A stretch of DNA of 60,457 nucleotides, counting the filler, from Basidioascus undulatus (Eukaryota): assembly GCA_000826855.1 (NCBI GenBank). It is 9 parts of 9 records of this genome, joined end to end, with 100 filler letters (N's around TTAATTAATTAA, not from the genome) between each part and the next. Parts side by side here need not be neighbours in the genome. Positions count along the whole stretch, not along the records: positions 34,169 to 38,471 come from JTLS01002181.1; positions 38,572 to 42,873 come from JTLS01002182.1; positions 42,974 to 47,273 come from JTLS01002183.1; positions 47,374 to 51,669 come from JTLS01002184.1; 5 more parts are not named here. One strand, written 5' to 3'. A program made the position numbers and the translations under genes. Shown piece by piece: positions 36,921-49,500 of the stretch. Below the pieces are notes generated by a model. It searched no databases. It was not told where the DNA came from and was given only the letters and a program-made list of their open reading frames with translations. Positions within the stretch are counted from its first letter, which is position 1, and each line of letters begins with the position of its first letter.

Positions 36921-37391
36921 GCTGTTGGAATCCAATACGTTTTTATAGTTTTTAATGTAAAGAAACACGCATGATCAAGTAGGCTTCAGGGCCTCTGTAC
37001 CAGAAGGGTGGGCGGAGTCCCCCTCGCAGTGGGCTGCTCAGCGTTCACCATTTCTTCCTGCTCATATCCGGAGTCGACCTCATCAAATGAAGATGAGCAA
37101 TATTGGCCGCCTCCATAAGCTGGATTGAGACACTCTGGCGGCTCACAGACGACAAAGGCACGCGACTGCCTGCCTTCCGAAAGCAAGCATTCCGACGCGA
37201 CACCTTACTTGCGCACCCGGTCTGAGACGCACTCGCCTGCCGCGCCCAGGGTTCCTCGAACCAGACCTCCTCGCTCCTCCAAACAAAACCCTTGCCCGTT
37301 CGCGATGCCGCCACTCTCCCCATCTCTCCCCTCTCCCACTCCCTGCTCATCACACCCCCCACCCCCCACCCGCACCCGCACAACGCATCGA

Positions 37392-38471
37392 CGATGTCGA
37401 CCCGCTCCGGCGCTATCGCCGCCGTTGTCTGCCTCATGGGCGTTGTCTTGTTCACCTGTGCGTCCACATCCCCGCCCCTCGACCATCTCGCCTTGTTGCT
37501 GATTGTGGAAATCGTTGTTGTCGCAGTCGGCACCCCCACGAACATCGACTCCCTCCTTAAGACCGTCAACCGGCCTATCTCAACGGTTGACGTCATCGCG
37601 CTCTGGCTTATCGTCGGCGCGTCGTGCGCGCCCGCTGGCTCTTGCCGTCTTCTCGCCGGGCGCGCTGCCGGGGGGTTGAGCTGGATTCGCAGCGCTCTTG
37701 GAGGGTTCAAGTGCGGGGACGACGATGGTACGGGTTTTTGTATCCGAGGAATGGGCAAGACGGGATGGGTACTGACACCGCTTCGCTCGCTCGCAGCACC
37801 ATCTCCCCCATCTCCCTCCTCCGCGCCCACTCCCTCCTCCTCCTCCTCCGAGCTCGACTCCGCACCTACTCCTACCACACCCTCCCTCACATCTCCCCCG
37901 TCAACCCAATTTTCCGCGCACACCACCGCCCCGCTGCAATTCCCCGCCACCGCCACCGCCGCCGCACACTCACCAATAACCAACTGGCTGCTCGCAACCC
38001 GCCCGCCGCGCGCTCTCCCCGCATGGCGGGGCGACATCTCGGGCCAGAGCCTCCTCGAACGCTACCGCTCCCGCCTCACACCCCCTGCTCCTCTCGCCCC
38101 GCGCCTGCGCGTGGGCAAGCTCATCGTGCCCCGCGCCGCTGCGGCTCCTCCGCCACCACGCGCGCCGGTCTTCGCGAAAGACCTGATGGAATACGACGAC
38201 GACGAGACGCCGTCCTCCGCCACCTCCCGGCCCACGTCGCCCGAGGACGCCCTCCCCGACTACTCCTCCGACTCCGAGCCCTCCCCGCCCACGCCGATTG
38301 AGGCGGACTCCTTCCTCGCCTCCCTCTCCCGCTCCCTCGGTCCTCGCCCGGAAGCGCCGAAGTTCAAGTCCATCCTCCGCCCGCCGCGCAAGTCGTTCGA
38401 CTTCGACGGCCCCTCCCTGGCCCTAGGCCCCGTCCATCGCACCCCACGAGCTTATCGCGTCTGCCAAGCGC
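37392..38471 (+). CDS. Hypothetical protein, hydrophobic N-terminus and Pro/Ser-rich body, 3' end off contig
   Basis: Long open frame with coding-like GC3 and GTGCGT..CAG intron-like segments. Contains KSILR; no recognised family. Confidence 0.45.
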
Positions 38472-38571
38472 NNNNNNNNNNNNNNNNNNNNNNNNNNNNN
38501 NNNNNNNNNNNNNNNTTAATTAATTAANNNNNNNNNNNNNNNNNNNNNNNNNNNNNNNNNNNNNNNNNNNN
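38472..38571. other. Artificial contig spacer
   Basis: N44-TTAATTAATTAA-N44. Confidence 0.99.
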
Positions 38572-41154
38572 CCCCGCACGCCCACCTCCCCCTCATCCTC
38601 CGCACCCCCCATCCCCTCAGGGACACACCGTCCCTCATCCGTGCTCGACACCCTCCGTGCGGGGTCGTTCTTGGGCGGGTACGGCGGCGGCGGCCTCACG
38701 GACCGGAGCCTCAACCGCTTCAGCGCGTACGTCAAGTCTGGCGCGGAGGAGTGGGTCGTCGCCGGCGCGCCGGCCCCGCCGGTCCCCCGCGCGCACGTCC
38801 GCGCTGTGTCGGAGGAGAAGGATGGAGAGGAGGAAGAAGAGGGCGAGAAGAGCTTCGATGGCGTTTCGGAGGAGGACAGGCACTATATCGACGTGGGTCA
38901 CCTTCCCCCTTCCTCCCCTCCCTCCTTTCTTCCCCTTCTTCTTCCCCCCTTACACTCCAACCCCACCCGCAGCCCGGTCCCCGCTGGCGCCCCAAAACCC
39001 CCCTCTTCCACGTGCGCGTGCACTCCCCAGAAAAGCGCACGCAGTTCTCCCTCTCGGGCCTGTCCGAATACACGCTCTACGCCCTCACCTCCATGTTCCC
39101 CTCCCCCGAAGCGGACGCGCCGGGGGCTACCCTGACGGTCTGGCGCCGCTTCAGCGAGTTCACGATGCTTTCCCGCTTGTTGGCGGCAAAGTTCGCCGGA
39201 CTCGCACTGCCCGTGTTGCCGGAGAAGGTATACCAGGGCAGATGTGCGTTCGGAAATGGAATGATTGAAGAGGGAGAAGCTGATGTGTGGGGAGGGGAGG
39301 GACAGTCGATAAAGAGTTTGTCGAGGCGCGGAGGAGGGATCTGGAAGTGTGGGTGAACGCGGTTGTGCGACACCCCATTTTGAGGTACAACGACGGCGTG
39401 CTCGCATTCCTGGGGGAGGAGGACGATAGGGTGCGTCTCTCTCCCTCCTCCCCTCTTCTCCCTATTCCCCTTCATTCCTTACCTAAGACTGATGACTGGG
39501 CGCCCTCAAGGCCTGGCGAAAGCTCTCCCACATCTTCTCCAACCCGACCGCGGCCGGCCCGGCATTCTTCGCGAACGTCTGGCACCCTTCTTACAAGTGG
39601 GCTGCTTCCCTCTTCTCCTTGCGGGTGTGCACAAAGCTGATGGGAGGGTTGGGGTGCGGAACAGTGTGGACGTGGACGAGGCGACGGAGGAGGTTGAGCG
39701 GTTCGAGCGGCACCTCAAGGGTGTCGGTAAGGGCATGCGACACTTGAGGGAGGTTGTGCCTAAGCATCGGCAGGCAATGCTCGGTGTGTCTTTCTTCCTC
39801 TCCCCTTCTTCCCCCATATTCCCTTTCCATCTTCCCCTCTCCCCGCAATGGCGCAGTCAGCTGAGAGTTTTACCGTCCGGCGCTCCCCCAGAAACCTCCA
39901 ACCAATACCGCAACCTCTCGTACCACCTCCTCTCGCTCTACACTGGCCAGCCGGTGGGCGGCGCGGGCGCGACGACGCCGGACCCTGCGTCCGGGGCGGG
40001 GGCGGAGGACGCCGCAGTGGGCGGGCCGCGGGCTGCGCAGAATGGGCAGGGGGCGTGGAGCTGGAGGGAGGAGAGCCCTGGTGCGTCACTTGAAAATTGA
40101 GGATGAGGATGTGACAGAAGGGCTGATCAAAGGAGAGGAACAGAGGCGCTGAGGTTGACGGGGTCGCTCCAGGCGACGGTGGAGGCGCTGCAGGAGGTTG
40201 CGGATGCGTACGATGCGAATGTGAGTGTGGAGATAAGAAGGGGCATGAGGTGAAGAATAGGCGCTAAAGGGATGCTTGGGACGCAGGCTCGCACGACGCT
40301 CTTCGAGACGGCGGAGCGGGTCAAGAACCTCGCGTATCCGCACCTTGTCTACGCTGTGCGTCGGGGTCGGTGCTGAAAGCGGAAAGGGAACACGGAAGAG
40401 CTGATGCGAGAGAGGCGATGGGATGGATGAGCGATTGACAGGGCACGATTGAGACGCACCGGTCGACGCTGGCGAAGTACAAGGAGGCGCTGGACGCGGG
40501 GGACGAGGACGAGGACGGGGACGAGAACGCTGTGCGTCGCATTGGCATCTCTTCCCTTCTCCGCGCACAGGGCAGGGCTGACGAAGATACCTACTGCACG
40601 GCCTGCAGCCGACGACCAAGCTCACGCAGGAAGAGCTCGACGCGCTCGCCGCACGCGCCGAGTCCGTCCTGAACGTGACTATGGCCGAAGTAGACCGGTT
40701 CCACTCAGAGAAAACCGCAGACTTCGAGGCGCTCGCCGTAGGGTACCTAGACGGGCAAATCGAGCACTACGAGAATGTCCTCTCTCATCTCCGAACGGCC
40801 CGCCAGGCCTTTGTGTCACCTCCCTCCCAACCCCCCTCCTCCCCGACTCTGCTGCCCCGGCAACCATCAAAGTACGAGCGCGAGCTCGCGCACCCGCGCG
40901 TCCCTGCGCTGGCGCTGCCCCAGCCCGCAAGCCACGTGCTCGATTCGGTCGTCGCTCGCCCGATTTCCGTCGTGGGAGACGCGGTCGTCGAGGGCCTCGG
41001 CAGCCTGTGGAGGCCGCTGAGCGGGATCGTCGGGAGCGGCGGCGGGGCGTGCGCACCGGCGGCGCTGACGGGGAGCGTGGGGAGCACGAGCAGCGCGGGC
41101 AGTGGGGGGAAGGAGGGCATGGCGAGGGCTAGTGTGTTTGGGAGACTTTGGTGA
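38572..41154 (+). CDS. PX-BAR sorting nexin (SNX9/18/33, lst-4-like), 5' end off contig
   Basis: SLNRFSAYVKSGAEEW, PX VWRRFSEF..LPVLPEK..GR|FDKEFVEARRRDLEVW..VRHPILR, GPAFFANVWHP, GAWSWRE and MAEVDRFHSEKTADF..YLDGQIEHYE. Confidence 0.85.
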
Positions 41155-41503
41155 GGGTGGGGAAGGATGTCTGGATTCGGAGGATGGAGCGGAGGAGCAT
41201 CACATTTTGGTTAGCATCGCATTCGAGTTTCGTGCCAGCACTTGGATTGCCTGTCTGTGTGGCCGCAAATGGCCTGAATTATTGCCGGTAGCGCATTGCA
41301 AAAGCCATGGATAATGAGCTTGACATTCATTTCGGCTTGCGCAGGCAGTTCGCAGACTTGCTGATACAGCCGAGGCAGCAAGCGACCGGACAAGGACCGG
41401 AAACGGGAATCCGAATGCAACATGCTCTCGAAATACGAATGATGAGAACAACAATGAGGCTCAAAACCGAACAGCTGCCCCAAAAGCGACGACAAAAAGG
41501 GCG

Positions 41504-42873
41504 TCAAGCTCTCCCTCCTCCGACAGGATCCGAAGTAACCCGGTGCCCTCCCTCCCCGTAATCCTCCTCCTCGACCTTCGCCCTCTTCCTCCTCGGGCTG
41601 CCCGGCGGGGTCGGGAGTCCGTCCGTGTTGTCGTCCAAGAACGCACGGTCGACGCCCTTGTCGCGCATCTCGCGGAGGAAAACGTCGCCCGCCCACGGCT
41701 CGACGCCGAGGCCCTCCGCGCGCGCGGCGGCGTCAAAGTCGGAGACAAAGTTGAGGAGACCCTGGTCCTTCAGGCTCGCGTGCGTCATCCACGCGTTCCA
41801 GCGGTAGTCGTATCTGTTGTCAATAGTCCGCGTTCGCAATCAGCGCTTGACCGCGAAAGATGAAGATGAAGGGTGATGCGAAAAGAGACAGGACGCACCC
41901 TGCCCACTCCACCAGGTAGTCCCATTGCCCCGCCGCGCCCCCTCGGCGCCCGACGACGCGCGTCACCTCGTAGTTGTTCTCGATGTCCTTCGCGTGCGGA
42001 CAGTCGGGGCGTATGCAAGGGAGCCCCTCGAGCAGGCGCTTCTTGCTCTTGGGTGGCGCTGTGGAGGCAGAGAAACATTCAGTATTGTTTGCATGGTAAG
42101 AGGGAAACGGGGATGTAGGGTAGTGGACGTACGATGCCCAGACGTGCAGGCGGGGCAGTACCACTCAGCGGATTCGTCCTCCACGCCTTGCGGCGTCGCG
42201 CCCGCACAGTCGAAGTGCAGCCAGGACGAGCAGCCGTCGCAGAAGGCGGAGGTGGTCTATGCGCAGATTCAGGTCAGCGTACCATGTAGACGAACAGCAT
42301 TTTGAGCCTGTCCACATGAGGATAACGCACAGTGGTGCTGCCGTGCTGGTCCGGGTCCAATGGCGGCCACTCGATTTGGTCAGATCCTTTCCACTTGAGC
42401 ACCGACTCGCGCGTCGGCTCGGGCGCTGCTGCGGCCGGGGACTCCTTCTTGACCTTGAACGCTTTGGTCCTCTTCTTCGACGTGCCCTTCACTGCGGACG
42501 TGCGGCGGGCGGAAGATCTAGGTAGTGCGCTGTAGACGAAAAGATCATAAGCACAAGATCAGGTATGGGTTAAGTATGTGCAAGAGACGACGATACGCAC
42601 GCGGCAGCGCTGCTCCTCCTCCTGAGCTCCTCCTTGACCGCGGCACTCTTGACCGCCCTCGGCCGCCTGCCCAGCCGCTCGCCCTCCGCCTTCGCCAGCG
42701 CCTCGAGCTCGAAGCAGTGTTTCTGTATCTGCTTGTGGATGTCCATCGTCCAGTAGTTACTTTCATAATCCTCGTGCGCCCCGCGGCCTTTGCCGAGCTG
42801 CGGAACCGCCGGAGGGGGCGAGGCGGACGTGTGGGTCGAGGCGACGGGGGTGGGAGAGAGCGAGGAGGGGGCG
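41504..42873 (-). CDS. PHD-like zinc finger plus chromodomain protein, 5' end off contig
   Basis: FCDGCSSWLHFDCAG..WYCPAC, then CIRPDC, then NYEVTRVVGRR..WDYLVEWAG|YDYRWNAW with the aromatic-cage Y/W/Y. NLS-like RRKRAK near the end. Confidence 0.82.
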
Positions 42874-42973
42874 NNNNNNNNNNNNNNNNNNNNNNNNNNN
42901 NNNNNNNNNNNNNNNNNTTAATTAATTAANNNNNNNNNNNNNNNNNNNNNNNNNNNNNNNNNNNNNNNNNNNN
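42874..42973. other. Artificial contig spacer
   Basis: N44-TTAATTAATTAA-N44. Confidence 0.99.
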
Positions 42974-43497
42974 CGGGTGGGCTGGAAGGAGAAGAAGGTA
43001 GAGTGTGAGTGCGAGCTAAAACTAAGTGCTGAAGCTGGATGTGGGGAAAGCAGCGGAGAGGGACACCGCCTTTAATGCTTTTCTGCAACATGTTGTTCGT
43101 TGTCTGTAAACCACCCAGACCCGACTGGGGAGGTATTTCGAGACCGCATATTCCTTCGCGAGCGTTGTCCGATTGTACAGACAGCCATGACAAGGGACGA
43201 GGCGCGAGAGGCTCGGGGGTCAGTTTCATCGACGAGCTGGATGGACAACAAGCGGTTTGCCCAAGCCTAGAGCAACAACGTAATCAGTGCCACAGTCCAC
43301 CGCATATTTCCTTGCCAAAAGATGGCTATAGACGAGAAGGTACGTTGATTCATCAACAGCCCGCTGCCATTGGTGGTCCGCCCGGCGGTGTGTTCTCTGA
43401 CATGAAAAATTTCTTCGAACCGGCTTTCACATGGATGCATAAGTCAGAACTAACTGCTCTGAGCATAAGAAAATTTATGCTGTTTCTTCCCAATGCT

Positions 43498-44700
43498 TCA
43501 CTGCGCTACACATTCGGCACGATGTCGATATTGCAGCAACTCCTCCCCATCATCCGAAACCAAATGCACCCCGAGTTTGCGCGCAGCCGTCACCATTTCG
43601 TGCGCCCACTCCACGACAGGATCCACCTTGCCATCGCCGTACTGCCCCTCAACCACAATCGTCCTCAGCTGCGGCACACTCTCACGCTCCATGTCCTGCA
43701 CCATCTTGACCGCGTCCGGCCGGTTGATGCAGCCATTGTGGAGCCAGTCTTGAACATCGGGTGCCGAAGCCGGTAGCTTCAAGTCCGATGAAAGGATTTG
43801 GAGCTAGAGCAGTCGCGGGCACTGGGACGCAAGCAAGCTCCCAAACCTGGGGCGCCAGCCGAGGTAGCGTCGTGTGAGGCTCGGCCCCACCCGAGAGATG
43901 AGGGACGTGACGAATGCGGGGCCGGACGTGACGAATGCGGGGCATGCACAATATGTCTTGAGCTGCAGATCGCAAAGGCATGGCAGTTCAGCATTACCAA
44001 GGAGCGCGAGGGCCGGCGCGGGTTGAAGTCAGGCTTTAAGATCGAGTGTGTGAAGCTTGGCAAGGCGCAGGGCACACCGGGTGTCGACGAGTCGCGTGGG
44101 TGCATCCTGAAGTGCACAATGCAAAGGATTTCAAGGTTTGGAAATCCATTGAAGATTTCTGCTGCGGATACCTAGTTAATGTCGTCCCCGAGACGTAAGC
44201 AAGAAATGGAGAGTGGATACCGCTGCCGGGCGGAGAGTGAACCACACGGAGAGGGAGGATCGGAGGGAGTGGCACAAGACGAGCGCACGGAGGTTGGTTA
44301 GTTGCGGAAGTAGATCAATGAATGCCTTGATGATGGAATCCTGCTCACCAGGAATGGTGAGGGAAAGGATGCCCGCGCCAGGTTAAGCACAAGAGACCGC
44401 GTCCAGCTTGGCGGGGGACTGAAGGTAGATCTCGCGATAGAGGAATTGCTCGGCCATGGGCTATGTACGGGTGTATGCTTGCTGTTTTGTGAGCCGCCCC
44501 CAGTGCAAGTTGAATGAACTCAATGGCCTGGCACACTGTCCATGCTTTGCAGACGCGAACCAGAGAGTGCTACAGGTGCTTTGCAGTGACTATGGATAGA
44601 TAGTCCCACCTGGTGTCTCCTGTCTCAATGCATTGATGAATCCCGTCGAAGAGGGTAGCCGGTTCGAAGATGTGTGAGAGGACATTAGCGGGGACTCCTA
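43498..44700 (-). pseudogene. F-box/LRR-like pseudogene
   Basis: VPANVLSHIFE..HL*HSLVRVCKAWT|PMAEQFLYREIYL..CA*..DLLPQLTNLRALVL..AARKLGVHL. Stops at 44570-44572 and 44383-44385, frameshifts, and no start codon found. Confidence 0.75.
43903..43943. repeat. 21-bp direct tandem duplication GGACGTGACGAATGCGGGGC(C)
   Basis: Two adjacent copies inside the F-box pseudogene. Confidence 0.9.
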
Positions 44701-44719
44701 TGAACTTCTGGTGGCAGGG

Positions 44720-45700
44720 TCATCAAGCGCCTAGCAGGAGATGTTGAGGGCCACAACACACGATGCAGGGCTCCACAATTCTTGCTTGAGGCAACTGACT
44801 ATTGCCAAGTAGGACCATGATGTGGTCATCAAGCGGCAACACTATTTGTGGTTGATGGTCCATGAACATTGATGTGTGCCTCAAGTCTGTGTTGCTTTGA
44901 GCTTGAAGTTCCTCAAGGTTTTTACTGCAGTGTTGATGCTGACATCAATACTTCATTTGAGATGGACTCTTATTGCATCACACACTTTCACAAAGTTCAT
45001 ATGGGTCAGAAGATTGTCAAAATAATAAAATTGGAGGTAGCCCAGATAATTTAGGGCCTAAAAGTGAGCCACACCAGCTGAGTTTGTACCCATTCCTTTT
45101 CCAGGCAGATCATGCACACATCCACCACATGCTTTTTGAAGTTGTACATGTTACCTATACTGCAAGAGTGCTCAAAGCTCAGCCCCCTTACCATCTCCCT
45201 GGTGCTCATATACTGCACCCACCTGCCATCCAGATCCTCTTGCACCACTGCTGTGAGTATTTCCTGCCATCAAGTGGCATTTGTCTAAACTTGCTTTCCT
45301 GTTTGTTTCATTCTCTCCTGTCCCTCAGTGTGGTAGATGGTGTCTGCCCCTGTTCTTGACTCCTTTCCTTCCTATCCTCCTCCACCTCCTGTTTCTCTCT
45401 CAGCATCCAATATCTCTGCATCCCCTACAGATAGCCTCACATTCTTCTCTCACAGGTGTGTGGAACCTTCCTTGTGCATCTGACTTAACACACTCTCAAC
45501 ACAATCTCAAACCCACACCTGCTCCCACCTGTGCACCTCTCATACGTCACACACATTGTTCACATGTATTTTGCTACTCTCCCATGAATTGTTCTGCCTA
45601 ATTACTGTGACTGTGGAGCCTGGGTGTATAGGGGTGTAATTGGATAGCAATCACTTCTGATGCCAACCAATCATCATCAGCCATTTATCAATTATGGACG
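44720..45700. mobile_element. CpG-depleted degenerate repeat/transposon relic (family unidentified)
   Basis: No CpG between 44836 and 45544, TG/CA-rich and without a credible ORF, in an otherwise CpG-rich genome. The TE assignment is an inference. Confidence 0.5.
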
Positions 45701-47273
45701 TCAAGCCAAGATATTAAAACAGCTTGATGACTGCCGCAAGTTATATGCAATGATCTTGATAGTTGCGGGTGCCAAGAAAATAGTCGGTGAATACACTTGT
45801 TGGAAACCTTAAGAGGCCAAAGGAGAATTTGATGTCATATGCCCATGGCTATTTCCATCTGCCGCCCAGAGGTGCAAGCAGCTTGATGAATGCGTCGATG
45901 GTGGCGTTGATGTCAACATTACCTTGATGAACTTGCCCAATTCTCTAGTAAAAAGTGCAAAAAGTTTGCTGGACACCGCAAGCACTTTATGCACACAAGC
46001 TGCCTTGATTTCTGCACTCTTGATGTCCTCCTCAAAGCGGAAGTTCACAGGGCAGGGACGCAGTCGATGTGAAAGGTCATGATCGAGTTTGAGGTTCAGA
46101 AACGTCAGCGGGATAGCGCAGTAAGAGTGTTGACAATCAGAAGACCGGAAGCGACTGGCGAAGACCAGGTACGGAATGAGGCAGCCGAGTGGGTGTGTGT
46201 GGTGATGATGGTTCAAGGCAAGGAGCGGCAGCGCCTGACCGCGCTCGTTTCGAGGTCCGCTTATGGGCCTCACCATTAGTTTCCGTTTGCATTTCTCAGC
46301 ACAAATAAGTTGAAGCTACAATGAACTTTTTCAACCGTTTGTAAACAATTTGTAAACAGGTTGCATGATTGAACGAGGGCACCAGCGACCCGCAGCCACA
46401 ACCAGGACTTGAAGGGTTTTTTTATTAACCTCCCATTTGCTGTTGAATTGAACAGTATATGAATCAACTACGGACTCGTCCAGCCAAAAGGGTACACAGC
46501 AAACGCCTATGTATTCTTAATGCGTAAGCAAACCGTGGGGAGACAAGAGAAGATGTTTGCGGGGGTTCTCACGATACACCCAATTTTGCATGGCAGTCCT
46601 TCTCTGTCTATGGCAGCGCAATACCTCTCTACACTTTCAGCCGTGAGTATGATTGTGAAATCGTATATGTTCCTGGCTCGCTCTTGAGACCTTTGTCAAT
46701 CGATGACTTCCTATCCAGAAGGCAACGCTAGTGTTGGACAGCAAGGACAGCATAAACGACATTCTTTGCATGGAAGCAGTATGCTCTCCATCGATTCCGT
46801 CACCGCGCCCATTTTCCTTGACTGCAATGGTCCCTCAGCTGTTTTCGAAACCCAGCGCCGTCCAGCGACATGACCGAGTAGTAGGAGGGTATTCAAACAG
46901 ATTTACTGATTACTCATTACGGGAGTCCCCACCTGCCTCTCAGCCAACAAGCAGCAAGCTAATCCGGGGCGCTGCTACAGCGCTAGGCTGCCGCGCGAAC
47001 TAATCATGCAAGGGGGTGCTCACTCGGAAGGTAACTACCGTAAGCGGCGTGATGGGGTAAGAAAAACAATGGGGGCAATACTAGTCAATCTGGTGTGTGA
47101 GGAACATGCAAGTGGGTGATGGAGGAAGGGAGTATCATTCTACAGCGACCGGCCGACAAAGTTATGAAGCAAGCATTAGACCATGCAAGAGTAAATTAAG
47201 AAAAAGAAAGCAAAAGCAAAAGCAAAGGCCTGCGCCCTCTAGGCGCTCTACTCCCCCCTCACTCCCACTCAGA

Positions 47274-47373
47274 NNNNNNNNNNNNNNNNNNNNNNNNNNN
47301 NNNNNNNNNNNNNNNNNTTAATTAATTAANNNNNNNNNNNNNNNNNNNNNNNNNNNNNNNNNNNNNNNNNNNN
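47274..47373. other. Artificial contig spacer
   Basis: N44-TTAATTAATTAA-N44. Confidence 0.99.
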
Positions 47374-47456
47374 GGAGAAGAGATAGGAAGGGGGAAGGGA
47401 ATAGGGAGGTGGGAGAAGGGAGGGGGAGGAAGAAGAGAGGCGGTGTGAAAACGCAC

Positions 47457-48693
47457 ATTGATAATCCCCGTGTTCACCCCCCTCACAGGAACAAGCATCG
47501 AGTCCTCCGGGCTCGCGTGGGTGGTATGGGCCAGAGGGGCGGGGATCCATGGGGAGGGGCGGGAGGAGGAGGAGTGCTGCATCCCCAACGTCCGCCATCC
47601 ATCAGCTTCTGTGTTAACTAGCAACCCTGGAGGGTAGGGGAAGGGGAGACGGACCGAAGATTTCGAGTGCGAGTGAAAATGGGTAGGGGAGGTATCGTAC
47701 GGCTCGCCCTCGTTCCGGAGCTCGATGAGGATGGCGAAGGAGGAGTCGTCTTTGCACCGTCACCGTCCAACGTTCTGCATCAGCTCGCTGCGGAAGTCAC
47801 GGATCGGGAGAAGGAAGGAAGGAGAGGGCATACCGTCCGGATCGAGCGGCTCCATCCCGGCTTCGAGCACAAGGAGCTTCATCAGCACGCCGCGGAGGTA
47901 CGACTCGAGCTCGCGTCGGGTCATGGCGTTCTCGAACCTGAGATCAGTTCGGCAGGAGAAGGATATGAGAGATGAGAGATGGGCTAAGGAGGGCTGAGAG
48001 AAGGGGGAAGAAGGAAGAAGTGGGAAAAGGAGGAAAGGAAGGAATGAGGGGTGCAAGGGAAACCGTTTGTAGAGGCAAAAGGGAGTGGGAAAAGAGAAAA
48101 AGAGGGCGGGGAACGGATGAAGGGGTGATGCGACGCACGGCTTGTCCCGCATGTTAAACGTGAGTTCCGACTGAAGGTACTGCATCTTGAAGACGTAGCG
48201 CTCCAGCACGGTATCGGACGAGTCTTTGATAACGAGCACGACGTTCTCGACTGTTTCCTGTTGGCCGCCGACACACCGACACCCATATCTCAATCGTCCT
48301 GTGAGCAAAAAGGCACTCGGGGAACCGAAGGACGAAAGATGAGGGAAAAGAGAAACAGGAGAGGCAGAGGAAATAGGGAACGGGAAGTGGCATGAGAGAC
48401 GAAAAACGCACAGCCTTCACCTGCTCCCTCACCTCCCTGACAACCCCCGCGATGTAGTCCGCAAGCGCAGGGTGGCGCGCGTGGTACACGGCCGTGCGCC
48501 ACTTGGACTTGCGCGAGAAGAGGTCGGGCGGGTAGACTTGGCGGATGTAGAGGAGCGTGTGGATTGCCACCTCCACTGCGGACCGTCGACGGTTGTCAGA
48601 GGCATGAAGGATGGCGTGGGGTCGGAATGGGGAGGGGAGAGGGAAGGGGAGGAGAAAAAGACATACGGAGCTCGGTTAGGGACGTGAGGACGT
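47457..48693 (-). CDS. REV7: HORMA-domain DNA polymerase zeta subunit Rev7/MAD2L2 (first exon uncertain, 3' end off contig)
   Basis: L|EVAIHTLLYIRQVYPPDLFSRKSKW..VYHARHPALADYI, VLERYVF, SFAILIEL, PWIPA and LVPVRGVNTG. Confidence 0.88.
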
Positions 48694-49500
48694 CTGCAGG
48701 TGCGTAAAGCGAGAGGGTGGAAGGATAAGTTTGGGAGCAAGAGAGGGTGATGGGAGAGGAAAGAGGAGGAGCAGGGGTATGCGCTCAAGGGACAGTATTT
48801 TTGAAGCATTTGCGGAGTTTTGAATGATCTCGACTGGTACACGGATTGCTCGAGATATTGCGTCTCGGCGCCGCCGGAGTTGGCGCACTCGGTGCTGCAG
48901 TTCAGGATGAGACATACGGAACCGGAGCGCTGGTGAGACGAGTGGGTGGCGAGATTGTACAAGTTCGTATTTATCTTTTGTTTTATAATAGAGTAGACGC
49001 CAAAAAGCGGGCTGGATGTCGGAGGTTGGGAAGGGGGAAGAATGCGTTATTCGATTCAGCATGCACTGCGAAGCGACCTGCTCTTGGAGCGCATGATTGT
49101 TCTACTTCTCGAAGCAGATCCTAATACTTACATAAGTTAGTCACATGGTTGGAGAATTTGTTTGTATCTTGAGGGCTCCTTGACATACGAGCGCTTGCTG
49201 GCAACGTTTAAACTGGGAGGTTGATGCACGGCAAGTAGCAGAAGATGGCAGCCTCGTAGACCGGCTGCCCATGCTTCGAAGGGCGTGACGGCTCCTCTCT
49301 CTTCCTTACATGACACGATGGCCTTAAGACTTTTTTTCACGCTGCCGCTCTGTCTAACGCGCAGGGAAACCCCGGCGCATAGGTCCACGCCACGCACGAA
49401 ACTTGAACCCCCGCACACACGAGACAGATTTGAGGGTTTGGACTCAGCATACTTAGAGCTTAAATGTTTCGCAAATGTTCTCAGCACCTCGTTGTACCCT

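Noticed and set aside
39510..39600. Suspected frameshift in the sorting nexin
   Set aside because: On recounting, the exon reads in frame (AWRKLSHIFSNPTAAGPAFFANVWHPSYN).
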